Positions 1-8,419 of a DNA stretch of 33,368 nucleotides are shown one piece after another (position 1 is the stretch's first letter; every line of letters starts with the position of its first letter). The position numbers were made by a program, and so were the translations under genes. Source of the stretch: a virus (Duplodnaviria > Caudoviricetes). The notes under the pieces were generated by a model. That model had not been told where the DNA came from. It ran no database searches and saw nothing but the letters and a program-made list of their open reading frames with translations. The DNA lies in the IMG/VR virus record IMGVR_UViG_3300032327_000744, positions 1-33,368 of that record; one strand, given 5' to 3'.

Positions 1-1
1 T

Positions 2-907
2 ATACTAGGACTACTTGAAGATCAATTAGGAAAAGGCATAGGATATAAAAATGATGATTATATGTTTAATTGTCCTTTTTGCAAACATAAAAAACCTAAA
101 TTAGTTATTAATATAGTTAGTGGCAAGTATAATTGTTGGACGTGCCACCCACCTACAAAAGGTAAGAACCCAGTAAATATATTTAAAAAACTCAATATAG
201 ATAGATCTTATATTACTGAATTAGCAAAGTATTTTAAAGATAGTAGTAATATAAAAATAGAAAATGAAGATAATCAAGTATTTTTACCTAAAGAATATAT
301 ACCTTTAAAATATAAAAATGATACTATAGAATTTAAGCAAGCTATGACATATTTATTAAAAAGAGGATTATCTATAGAAGATATTGTAAAATACAATATT
401 GGGTATTGTGATAGTGGAAAATATAAAGATAGAATAATAATTCCTTCTTATAATGAAAAATTTGCATTAAACTATTTTATTGCTAGATCTATTTATGAAG
501 ATGCTTTTCAAAAATATGATGCTCCTAAATGTAATAGAACTGAAGTTATAGGTTTTGAGAATACTATAAATTGGGATGTTCCAATTATATTATGCGAGGG
601 GGTCTTTGATGCTATAGCAATAAAAAGAAATGCTATTCCTTTATTTGGAAAAACTATACCTAGATCTGTAATGTTAAAAATAGCTACAAATAAAGTAAAA
701 ACTATATATCTTGCTTTAGATAAAGATGCAATTAGGGAGTCTTTAGATAATGCTGAACAACTTATGAAATTAGGAAAAGACGTATATTTAGTAAATTTAA
801 AAGAAAAAGACCCTTCATCTTTAGGATTTAATAAAATGTTAGAATTGCTCCAATCGTCTTCTCAATTAACTTTTGAGAATTTATTTAAATATAAAATAGG
901 AATATGA
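2..907 (+). CDS. DNA primase (zinc finger + TOPRIM), 5' end truncated by the window edge
   Basis: CPFC...CWTC zinc finger, RIIIP and YFIARS segments, and TOPRIM motifs EGVFDA and LALDKD. The frame is open upstream of ATG 62 to the window edge (ILGLLEDQLGKGIGYKNDDY-MFNCPFC), so the true start probably lies outside the window. Confidence 0.9.
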   Translation: MLGLLEDQLGKGIGYKNDDYMFNCPFCKHKKPKLVINIVSGKYNCWTCHPPTKGKNPVNIFKKLNIDRSYITELAKYFKDSSNIKIENEDNQVFLPKEYIPLKYKNDTIEFKQAMTYLLKRGLSIEDIVKYNIGYCDSGKYKDRIIIPSYNEKFALNYFIARSIYEDAFQKYDAPKCNRTEVIGFENTINWDVPIILCEGVFDAIAIKRNAIPLFGKTIPRSVMLKIATNKVKTIYLALDKDAIRESLDNAEQLMKLGKDVYLVNLKEKDPSSLGFNKMLELLQSSSQLTFENLFKYKIGI

Positions 908-1596
908 CAGAATTTATAATAACAGGAATAACAGGATCATCAGAAATAATAATCGAACAAAGATCTGATGAGTGGTTTTCTTCTAGAAAAGGAAAAATAA
1001 CTAGTTCTGAAATATATAAAATAATAGGAGAAGGGAAAACTAAAGGAAATAATTTAAGTGAAACAGCTAAAACTTATCTACTAACTAAAGTAGCTGAAGA
1101 ACTTGGTGGCCATACAGATTCTATGAGTAGTTCTGGTATAGCATCTTTAAAATGGGGTATTGATTTAGAAGATACGGCGGTATCTTTTTATGAAAGAATA
1201 AAATCTACTAAAGTAGATAAAGCTAGTTTTATTCAATATTCAGATTATTATGGAGGATCTCCTGATGGATTAGTTTTACCTGATGGAATTATAGAAGTAA
1301 AATGTCCTTATAATTCTACTAATCATTTTAAACACGGGATGATAAAAACTAATGACGATTTTAAAAAAATAGCACCTAATTATTACTATCAATGTTTATC
1401 TAATATAATATGCGCTAAATCTGATTGGTGTGATTTTATAAGTTTTGATCCTAGAGTGCATAGTAATTATAATATGTTTATTTTTAGATTAAATAGAAAT
1501 GAAGAAGATGTAAAAAATCTTTTGGAAAGAGTGGAAATAGCAAATGAGTATATGCAAGAAATTAGAAAAACTTTAAGAAATATAAATATAGAATAA
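904..1596 (+). CDS. YqaJ/lambda-exonuclease family alkaline exonuclease
   Basis: QRSDEWF..RKGKITSSE, WG..LE, GGSPDGL, IEVKCP and YYYQ are the lambda-exonuclease/YqaJ signatures. ATGA overlap with the primase stop. Confidence 0.92.
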   Translation: MTEFIITGITGSSEIIIEQRSDEWFSSRKGKITSSEIYKIIGEGKTKGNNLSETAKTYLLTKVAEELGGHTDSMSSSGIASLKWGIDLEDTAVSFYERIKSTKVDKASFIQYSDYYGGSPDGLVLPDGIIEVKCPYNSTNHFKHGMIKTNDDFKKIAPNYYYQCLSNIICAKSDWCDFISFDPRVHSNYNMFIFRLNRNEEDVKNLLERVEIANEYMQEIRKTLRNINIE

Positions 1597-1603
1597 TATT
1601 TAT
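1596..1603 (+). promoter_or_regulatory. ATATTTAT motif, candidate late promoter element
   Basis: Same 8-mer as at 4954, 14107, 17210, 20387 and 30545. Only 4 nt before ATG 1608. Confidence 0.35.
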
Positions 1604-1607
1604 AGTT

Positions 1608-3089
1608 ATGGAAAAAGTAGCACTATACCCAGGTAAATTTAAACCACCACATAAAGGGCATTTAGAAGTAGTTAAAAAAATAATTAATGAAGTTAATCCG
1701 GATAAATTAATAATTTTTATCTCTCCTAAAATACATGAAGGAATAGATTCTAATCAAAGTAAAAAAATTTGGGAGTTATATTTAAAAAATATAGATCAAT
1801 CAAAGATAGAAATTAAAATAGCTAATATATCTCCTGTTAAAGAGGTATATGATTTTATAGAAAATAATCAAGATAAAGAATGTTATGCAATTTATGGTAA
1901 ACAAGATGAAAATAGGTATTTAAGATTATCTAAATATAAAAATGTAAAAATATTTGATGCTGGTAGTTTAGAAGATTCTAATGAAATTATTAGTGCTACT
2001 AAACTTAGAAAAGCTATAATAGATAATGATGAAAAAGAAATAAAAAAATTAATTCCTTCAAATGTTAAAGTGTCTGATTTTATGAATATATTAGATAATA
2101 ATAGTATATCAAAAATAATACAAGAAAGAGCTATTTTAAGAACATTAATTAGAAAATTAATATTAGAAGGAGGTAATGTATTTGGCACTACAGAATCAAT
2201 TGAAAAAGATAATATTGAACCTACAATTGAAAAATTTGTAGATCAACTATCTAAAATATTCCCTGCAAAAGCCTCTACATTTAAATCATTTGAAAAATTA
2301 GGATCAGCCGGTAAGAAAAATGTATCGGGTGATATTGATTTATCATATGATATTAAAAATATATTCCCTGGTGGTAAGCCTGATTTTAAAGGTTGGGGTG
2401 TAGATGAAAACAAATACAATGAGTTTTTAGCACAATTTACTAAAAAAGCCAGAACAGCATCTCCTGAAAAACTCCAGTTACGCTCGATGATTGTGTTAAT
2501 TGGGGATAAAATTAATGATTCATTACCTGACGTTGAGGTAGATCTTAAAGCATCTGGTGCTGGTTCTATATTCTGTGCTGTTCCTCAATACGGACCTGAT
2601 GGTGAAAAAATAGGTAAAGCTGTTCAAACTGATATCAATGTAGGTAATCCTGAATGGTTACGTTTTAGTTATTATTCACAATCCTATGAAGGAAATGTAA
2701 AAGGATTACACCGTACGCAGTTAATGCTATCTTTATTTTCTAATAAAGGTAAATCTTTTGGACATTCTACTGGAGTAATTGATAAAGAAACAGGAGAAAA
2801 AGAAGCCTCTAATCCTAAAGAAGCAATTGCTTTATTAAATAAATTATATGGGTTTAATATAGATCAAGATATTTTAGATGATTATTTTAAATTAGAAAAA
2901 TACATAAAAGAACACTTATCTACTGAAGAATATAATAGTATTATAGATAGATATCTTAAAATATTAGATTCTACTAGAGCAGATATTCCTGATAATTTAC
3001 AAAAATATTGGATAGATAATCAAGATAGATTAGGATTAAAAGGAAAATTTTTACCTGATATTTCAAAATTAATTACTTATAAAAAATAA
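1608..3089 (+). CDS. Two-domain protein: N-terminal HIGH-family (cytidylyltransferase/PPAT/NMNAT-like) nucleotidyltransferase fused to a C-terminal Pol-beta-superfamily nucleotidyltransferase
   Basis: N-terminal YPGKFKPPHKGH (HxGH) and ISATKLR (SxTxxR). After the LILE-GGNVF linker: LGSAGKK..SGDIDL (hGS...DxD) and VQTD (third Asp). Confidence 0.75.
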   Translation: MEKVALYPGKFKPPHKGHLEVVKKIINEVNPDKLIIFISPKIHEGIDSNQSKKIWELYLKNIDQSKIEIKIANISPVKEVYDFIENNQDKECYAIYGKQDENRYLRLSKYKNVKIFDAGSLEDSNEIISATKLRKAIIDNDEKEIKKLIPSNVKVSDFMNILDNNSISKIIQERAILRTLIRKLILEGGNVFGTTESIEKDNIEPTIEKFVDQLSKIFPAKASTFKSFEKLGSAGKKNVSGDIDLSYDIKNIFPGGKPDFKGWGVDENKYNEFLAQFTKKARTASPEKLQLRSMIVLIGDKINDSLPDVEVDLKASGAGSIFCAVPQYGPDGEKIGKAVQTDINVGNPEWLRFSYYSQSYEGNVKGLHRTQLMLSLFSNKGKSFGHSTGVIDKETGEKEASNPKEAIALLNKLYGFNIDQDILDDYFKLEKYIKEHLSTEEYNSIIDRYLKILDSTRADIPDNLQKYWIDNQDRLGLKGKFLPDISKLITYKK

Positions 3090-3094
3090 AAAAT

Positions 3095-4381
3095 ATGTCA
3101 GGATCTGCTGGAGGAAATAGAATAAAAAGATCAGATGTATCAAATACGACTAATGATTATATTAATAAAGTATTAAAAAAATTCTCTTTATTTAAAAGTG
3201 CTAAAATATCTGGATCATATAATACTAGTGATAAAGAAGATTTTGGAGATATAGATTTAATAGTGCATTTAGAATCTGATAATAAAAAAAATGTAAAATT
3301 AGAATTAGCAAAGTATTTATCGGAATTACCAGATAATATAATAATACCTTTTAAAAGTGTAAAATATAAAGGTAAAAAACTGTTAAATACAGGAGAAATA
3401 ATTACTATATTATATCCTATATTAGGATTAGATAATCAATACGTGCAAATAGATAATATTATTTCAATTAGTTCAGAAGAATTAGAATTTAAAAAAGAAT
3501 TCTTAGATTATCCGGCAGAAATACAAGGATTATTATTAGGTTTAGCTAAAATAGCTTGTTTAGAAGAGTATCCAAAAACAATTTTTAAAAATTTAGGTAT
3601 AAATAATATTCCAGAATTGCAAAAAGATCAAGAATATGAATTTAATTTATCTAGTTCAGGATTAACTTTAAGAATTGTTACATTAAAAGATTTTAAAGAG
3701 ATAGATAGAACTGAAGTTTGGAAAACTACTAATTGGCAAAATATAAAAAAATTATTTAAAAATTATAGAATAGATGGATCTTTTGAAGAACTATTAGAAG
3801 ATTTAAAATCTAAAATAAAAAATCAAAGGTCTAAAAATAGAATTAAAGGTATTTTTAATTCAATGGTATCTATAAAAAGTGGAGAAATTAATACACCTAA
3901 AGGAGATAAAAAACAAGCTTCTATTAATAAAGTAAATTCTTTATTAGAAATAAAAAAATATTTAAAAGAAGATATTAATTTTAATGATTTAACAAAAGAA
4001 AAAATAATAAAAGATTTTATTATTAAATGTAAAAAAGATCTAGGAATAAATAAATTACCTAAAATAACTATTATAAATGATAAAAATTGGGTAAAAAATA
4101 ATAAAAGTTTTGGTTCTTATAATCCTGTAAATAAATCAATAATAGTTTATTTTGGAGATAGAAATTTAGCAGACTTTTTAAGGACTCTATCTCATGAGTT
4201 AACTCATCATTGGCAAAATGAAAATGGTAGAATTAAACAGATTTCAGGAGAAACAGGTTCAGATATAGAAAATGAAGCAAATGCTAAAGCAGGAATTTTA
4301 TTAAGAAACTATGGAAAAGAAAATGAAGTTATTTATGAAAATAAAAAAATACTAAAAAAAATATTAGAAAAAATAAAATAA
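3095..4381 (+). CDS. Two-domain protein: Pol-beta-superfamily nucleotidyltransferase plus C-terminal HExxH zinc metallopeptidase-like domain
   Basis: SGSYN...FGDIDL and VQID. After YLKE (3970): FGSYNP, RTLSHELTHHWQ and ENEANAKAG (candidate third zinc ligand). Confidence 0.72.
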   Translation: MSGSAGGNRIKRSDVSNTTNDYINKVLKKFSLFKSAKISGSYNTSDKEDFGDIDLIVHLESDNKKNVKLELAKYLSELPDNIIIPFKSVKYKGKKLLNTGEIITILYPILGLDNQYVQIDNIISISSEELEFKKEFLDYPAEIQGLLLGLAKIACLEEYPKTIFKNLGINNIPELQKDQEYEFNLSSSGLTLRIVTLKDFKEIDRTEVWKTTNWQNIKKLFKNYRIDGSFEELLEDLKSKIKNQRSKNRIKGIFNSMVSIKSGEINTPKGDKKQASINKVNSLLEIKKYLKEDINFNDLTKEKIIKDFIIKCKKDLGINKLPKITIINDKNWVKNNKSFGSYNPVNKSIIVYFGDRNLADFLRTLSHELTHHWQNENGRIKQISGETGSDIENEANAKAGILLRNYGKENEVIYENKKILKKILEKIK

Positions 4382-4388
4382 TAAGTTT

Positions 4389-4964
4389 ATGAAAGAACAA
4401 AGTTCTATGAAAAAAGAGTTTTCATCAAAAGATGTAAATAGAATGAGAAATATTATCACAGGTAAAACTGGAGATAAGACTCAAATATTATCAGGATATG
4501 AAAAAAGTAATAAAGATTATAAAGAAGGGGATATTTGGCAAGAAGATGGTAGAAATTGGACAATTAAAAACGGAATTAAACAAACTATTACTAAATTAGA
4601 TAGAATAAAATCTTTATCTATTCTACCTTTATGCTGTCCTAATTGTAATAAACCAATGAAAATAAATGATATAAATAAAAAAATGTATAATATACATAGT
4701 ATTTGTTTTGATTGTGTTTTAAAGAAAGAAGATGAAATAAAAAGATCTGGCAATTGGGAAAGTTATGAAAAAAATCAATTAAAATTAAATAGAGATGCAA
4801 GTCTTTATGAATTTGAACAAGCTTTAGAATCTTGGGTAAATCAAAAAGATACTTTTGTAACAGAAGCTGGAGATATAGAAAATTGGTCAAATGGAGATAA
4901 ATTAAAAATGTATAGTGAAATAAAAGAACAAATACAAAAAGTAAAAAATACAGATATTTATTAA
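4389..4964 (+). CDS. Hypothetical protein with a C4 zinc finger
   Basis: CPNC-x(19)-CFDC in a 191-aa ORF that fits the gene packing. Confidence 0.6.
   Translation: MKEQSSMKKEFSSKDVNRMRNIITGKTGDKTQILSGYEKSNKDYKEGDIWQEDGRNWTIKNGIKQTITKLDRIKSLSILPLCCPNCNKPMKINDINKKMYNIHSICFDCVLKKEDEIKRSGNWESYEKNQLKLNRDASLYEFEQALESWVNQKDTFVTEAGDIENWSNGDKLKMYSEIKEQIQKVKNTDIY
4954..4961 (+). promoter_or_regulatory. ATATTTAT motif, candidate late promoter element
   Basis: ATATTTATTA overlaps the upstream gene's stop, 17 nt before ATG 4979. Confidence 0.45.
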
Positions 4965-4978
4965 TAAAAATTATTATA

Positions 4979-6142
4979 ATGTCTGTAGAAAATAACACGA
5001 AAAAAAATATTGATGGATCTATAAACACTGTGTTTGTAGTACAAAAACCGTACTCAGGATGTGAATTAACTTCTTTAGTAAAACCTATTGATCCTCTTTT
5101 AGGGATTGGTGCAGGTCATGAAATAGTACCTGAAAAAGTACATGGTATTTTTACAGATGAAAATATAGCAAATAAAGTAGCTGAAGATTTATATGAGATT
5201 CATATTCAAGAAGAAGAAAAATTAGAAGAAAAAAAAATACAAGTAGAAGGAAAATTAAAAAAAGCTATTACTGAACTTGAAAAAATAAGAGAAGAAAATA
5301 CTGGGGTGCTTAAAGAAGATCCTACTAATTCTGAAATTAAAGAACAAATAGCAAATTTAACAGAAAAAATAAATAATTATTTAGAAACTTTAAAAAAAAT
5401 AAGTAAATCTAAAAAAAATAAAAAAGAAAAAGAAAAAGTAGAAGAGGGATTTTTAAGTAATATAAGTGCTAGTGCTAAAGGAGCTTTTACAGGAGCAAAA
5501 GATTTTGGAAAATCAATTGGATCTGCTTTTAAAGGTGCTTCTGATGTAGCAAAATCATCAACAGTAAATGAAAAAATTAAAAATTTAGATAAAGAATTTA
5601 CCTCATTTATTTCTGATATAGATGAGATGATTGAAAAAGATCAAATTCCTAAAAATTTAAAAATTAATTTAAAAAAATATAAAACTGAATTAGAAAAATT
5701 TGAAAAGGCGAATAAAAAATATATAGTAGGGCCAGAAAAAAAAGAAGATCCTAAAAAAAATACTGATAAAAAAGAAGGATCTAAAGATTATATTGAAACA
5801 CAAAAAGATTATATGAAAAAACTTCAAAAAGATTTTGAAGAAAATGAAAATAATCCTTATATCCCAAAATTTGTAAAAGACGTTGCTAAAAAAACAATAG
5901 ATTCAAAGACTACTGAAACTAAGCCTACTCAAGTAAAACCTACTGAAACTAAGCCTACTCAAGTAAAACCTACTGAAACTAAGCCTACTCAAGTAAAACC
6001 TACTAGATCAACCGTATTAAAACCACCAGCAGAGCCAAAAACAAAAATCACTACAGCAGATAAATTTAATAAAGCAAAAAAAAATAAAAACAAAAAAACA
6101 ATAAAAGAAAGCATAGTAAGCTATCTAATAAAAAATAAATAA
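4979..6142 (+). CDS. Hypothetical coiled-coil, Lys/Glu-rich protein; candidate internal head protein
   Basis: 387-aa ORF with a coiled-coil region, an amphipathic segment after VEE, TETKPTQVKP repeats and a C-terminal IKESIVSYLIKNK. Confidence 0.55.
   Translation: MSVENNTKKNIDGSINTVFVVQKPYSGCELTSLVKPIDPLLGIGAGHEIVPEKVHGIFTDENIANKVAEDLYEIHIQEEEKLEEKKIQVEGKLKKAITELEKIREENTGVLKEDPTNSEIKEQIANLTEKINNYLETLKKISKSKKNKKEKEKVEEGFLSNISASAKGAFTGAKDFGKSIGSAFKGASDVAKSSTVNEKIKNLDKEFTSFISDIDEMIEKDQIPKNLKINLKKYKTELEKFEKANKKYIVGPEKKEDPKKNTDKKEGSKDYIETQKDYMKKLQKDFEENENNPYIPKFVKDVAKKTIDSKTTETKPTQVKPTETKPTQVKPTETKPTQVKPTRSTVLKPPAEPKTKITTADKFNKAKKNKNKKTIKESIVSYLIKNK
5910..6004 (+). repeat. Perfect 30-bp in-frame tandem repeat (about 3.1 copies) encoding TETKPTQVKP
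   Basis: tactgaaactaagcctactcaagtaaaacc at 5911, 5941 and 5971, then tact. Confidence 0.97.
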
Positions 6143-6504
6143 TGGAACAATACGCATCTTTTATAGGAACTTTAATGCAGTCTCGTAATCAGGCGCATGT
6201 ATATCATTTACAAACTGATTCTTATGCTCAACATGTAGCTTTACAGGCTTATTATGAAGAAATAGTTGAATTAGTGGATACTTTAGTTGAAAGTTTTCAA
6301 GGGCGATACGGTATATTAAGAGGGTATAATATGGGAAGCCAAATTAAAGAAGACGGTAATCCAATTATGTATTTTGATGCTCTTTGTAAATATGTAGAAA
6401 CAAAAAGAACATCAATACCTCAAGATTCTTATATTCAAAATGAAGTTGATAATGTAGTAGCTCTTATAGAATCTACTAGATATAAACTTAAAAACTTACA
6501 TTAA
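6142..6504 (+). CDS. Ferritin/Dps-like four-helix-bundle protein (DUF5856-like)
   Basis: H.YHLQT.SYAQH.AL..YYE....LVD.LVE..QGRYG resembles the Dps H...H......D...E ferroxidase-centre pattern. Confidence 0.7.
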   Translation: MEQYASFIGTLMQSRNQAHVYHLQTDSYAQHVALQAYYEEIVELVDTLVESFQGRYGILRGYNMGSQIKEDGNPIMYFDALCKYVETKRTSIPQDSYIQNEVDNVVALIESTRYKLKNLH

Positions 6505-6505
6505 C

Positions 6506-6835
6506 ATGGAAGAATTTAATAAAGGTGAATTTTGTCCACAATGTTTAGCTGAATATATAATTGAGTGTTGGAATAAACCATTAGAAGAAGCTGAATATAA
6601 AGGACGTAAAGTAAAATTAGGAAAACCTTTTTATACTCCTAATGGACCTAAAAAAAGATCCGTATATGTAAAAAATGATAAAGGTAATATAGTTAAGGTA
6701 AATTTTGGAGATCCAAATATGAAAATAAAAAAATATTTACCTAAACATAGAAAAAGTTATAGAGCAAGACATCATTGTGATACTAATCCTGGTCCTAGGT
6801 GGAAAGCAAATTATTGGTCATGTAAAGCATGGTAA
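6506..6835 (+). CDS. Small basic phage protein with acidic leader; candidate virion DNA-binding protein
   Basis: After PLEE: KKRSVYVK...KVNFGD...RKSYRARHHC...A.YWSC..W, a motif I recall from uncharacterised phage and virus proteins. Confidence 0.6.
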   Translation: MEEFNKGEFCPQCLAEYIIECWNKPLEEAEYKGRKVKLGKPFYTPNGPKKRSVYVKNDKGNIVKVNFGDPNMKIKKYLPKHRKSYRARHHCDTNPGPRWKANYWSCKAW

Positions 6836-6846
6836 AATAAAATAAA

Positions 6847-7326
6847 ATGATTAAATTAATTGACTTAATTAAAGAATCTCATAATCTTAATGTATATCAA
6901 GTAGAAATTAAATTAGTATTGAATACTGAAGGTGATAGATCAGTAACTGATATATTATCAGATATTAGAGCTATTAAAGGAATAACTATTGTAGAGATTA
7001 TTAAAACTACAGGAGAAAAAACTGTTATATCTACTAGACACGTACTTAATGTGAGTGTTAAAATAGATCCAGCACCATTTAAACCTTGGGATGATAGTAG
7101 ATACGATGAAGTACTTAAAGAAATTAAAAAAGTAGATTCTGTACTTGCTGCTGAATATAAAACAACACCACAAAAAATAAATGAAGTAAGAAAGAAGAAA
7201 AAACTTCAAGGTTTATGGGCAAATATAAGAGCTAAAAGAGAAAGAGGTGAAGCACCAGCAAAAAAAGGATCAAAAGCTTATAAAAAAGCAGTAAAAGCAG
7301 CAAAAGAAATAAATAAAAATAAATAA
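6847..7326 (+). CDS. Hypothetical protein with an N-terminal MIKLIDLIKE leader and a basic C-terminal module
   Basis: A small alpha/beta domain, then KINE followed by the K/A-rich tail GLWANIRAKRERGEAPAKKGSKAYKKAVKAAK. Confidence 0.6.
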   Translation: MIKLIDLIKESHNLNVYQVEIKLVLNTEGDRSVTDILSDIRAIKGITIVEIIKTTGEKTVISTRHVLNVSVKIDPAPFKPWDDSRYDEVLKEIKKVDSVLAAEYKTTPQKINEVRKKKKLQGLWANIRAKRERGEAPAKKGSKAYKKAVKAAKEINKNK

Positions 7327-7327
7327 A

Positions 7328-7822
7328 ATGAGATCATTATTAAATGAAGTAGCAAAACTACAAAAAATAGCTGGAATTATTAAAGAAGATCATGAAGTTT
7401 TCATGGCTCATTCTAGTTTAAAAAACATAATAAATAATGCTAATGAATTAATGAATAAAATAGGTGAAGAAGAAGTTAATTTACCTGCATGGATTCAAGA
7501 TCATATAACTAATTCTGAAAATTATATAGATCAAGCAAATAAAGGATTTCATATAGAAGATACAGAAGAAATTACTGATGATAAAATAGATATAGAATAT
7601 TTACAAGAAGCTAGAAAGAAAAAAGCATCTTCAGGATTATCTAAAAAACAAAAATCTACTATTGCAAAAAAAGCAAGCGCAGGTAAAGATATTGGAAAAA
7701 AAGGTAAAGGATTTGAAAAAATAGAAAAAGCCGCTGAAAAAGAGTACGGATCAAAAGAAATTGGTAAAAAAGTAGCAGCTGCAGCTATGTGGAAATCAGC
7801 AGCTAAAAAATCAAAAAAATAA
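7328..7822 (+). CDS. Hypothetical protein with a scaffold-like N-terminal motif and a basic histone-H1-like tail
   Basis: N-terminal LQKIAGIIKE, central LPAWIQDHIT..ENYI, and a K/A/G-rich C-terminus after YLQE. Confidence 0.6.
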   Translation: MRSLLNEVAKLQKIAGIIKEDHEVFMAHSSLKNIINNANELMNKIGEEEVNLPAWIQDHITNSENYIDQANKGFHIEDTEEITDDKIDIEYLQEARKKKASSGLSKKQKSTIAKKASAGKDIGKKGKGFEKIEKAAEKEYGSKEIGKKVAAAAMWKSAAKKSKK

Positions 7823-7825
7823 AAT

Positions 7826-8419
7826 ATGGATAAAAGTAAATTAATTGGTAGTTTACCAGAATTTGTATATAATCAATTACCAATTATTATAAATAAATAC
7901 GAAATAAATAGCCAGTTAAGACTTTCACATTTTTTAGCTCAATGTAGTCATGAATCTGGAAATTTTAAAATAGTAACTGAAAACTTAAATTATTCTGCTG
8001 AAGGATTAATTAATACATTTAGAAAGTATTTTCCTACTATAGGAATGGCTAAGTTATACGAAAAAAATCCACAGAAAATAGCTAATTTAGTATATTCTAA
8101 TAGGATGGGGAATACTAATACAAATGATGGTTATTTTTATAGAGGTAGAGGATATATACAATTAACAGGTAAAATTAATTATACAAATTTTTCTAATTCA
8201 ATAGGAGAAAATTGTGTTAATAATCCTGATTTAGTAGCTACTAAATATCCTTTAGCATCAGCTGCTTGGTTTTTTTATAGTAATAAATTACATCTTATAG
8301 CTGATTTAGGACCTACCGATGATGTAGTAACTAAAATAACTAAAAAAGTTAACGGTGGTACTAATGGGCTTTCAGAAAGGATAAAAGAATTTAAAAAATA
8401 TTATAGTTTAATTAAATGA
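7826..8419 (+). CDS. Glycoside hydrolase family 19 endolysin
   Basis: HFLAQCSHESGNF, ENLNYSA, YRGRGYIQLTGK.NY, SAAWFF and TKKVNGGTNGL.ER. Confidence 0.93.
   Translation: MDKSKLIGSLPEFVYNQLPIIINKYEINSQLRLSHFLAQCSHESGNFKIVTENLNYSAEGLINTFRKYFPTIGMAKLYEKNPQKIANLVYSNRMGNTNTNDGYFYRGRGYIQLTGKINYTNFSNSIGENCVNNPDLVATKYPLASAAWFFYSNKLHLIADLGPTDDVVTKITKKVNGGTNGLSERIKEFKKYYSLIK

Noticed and set aside
62-64. ATG 62 as the primase start
   Set aside because: The frame is open to the window edge and the ATG sits only three codons before the zinc finger, so the real start is probably upstream.
1581-1588. Exact T4 late promoter TATAAATA
   Set aside because: It is not repeated in the major intergenic gaps and is expected by chance in AT-rich DNA.
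5910-6004. 30-bp repeat as a CRISPR array
   Set aside because: No spacers; it is an in-frame coding tandem repeat.
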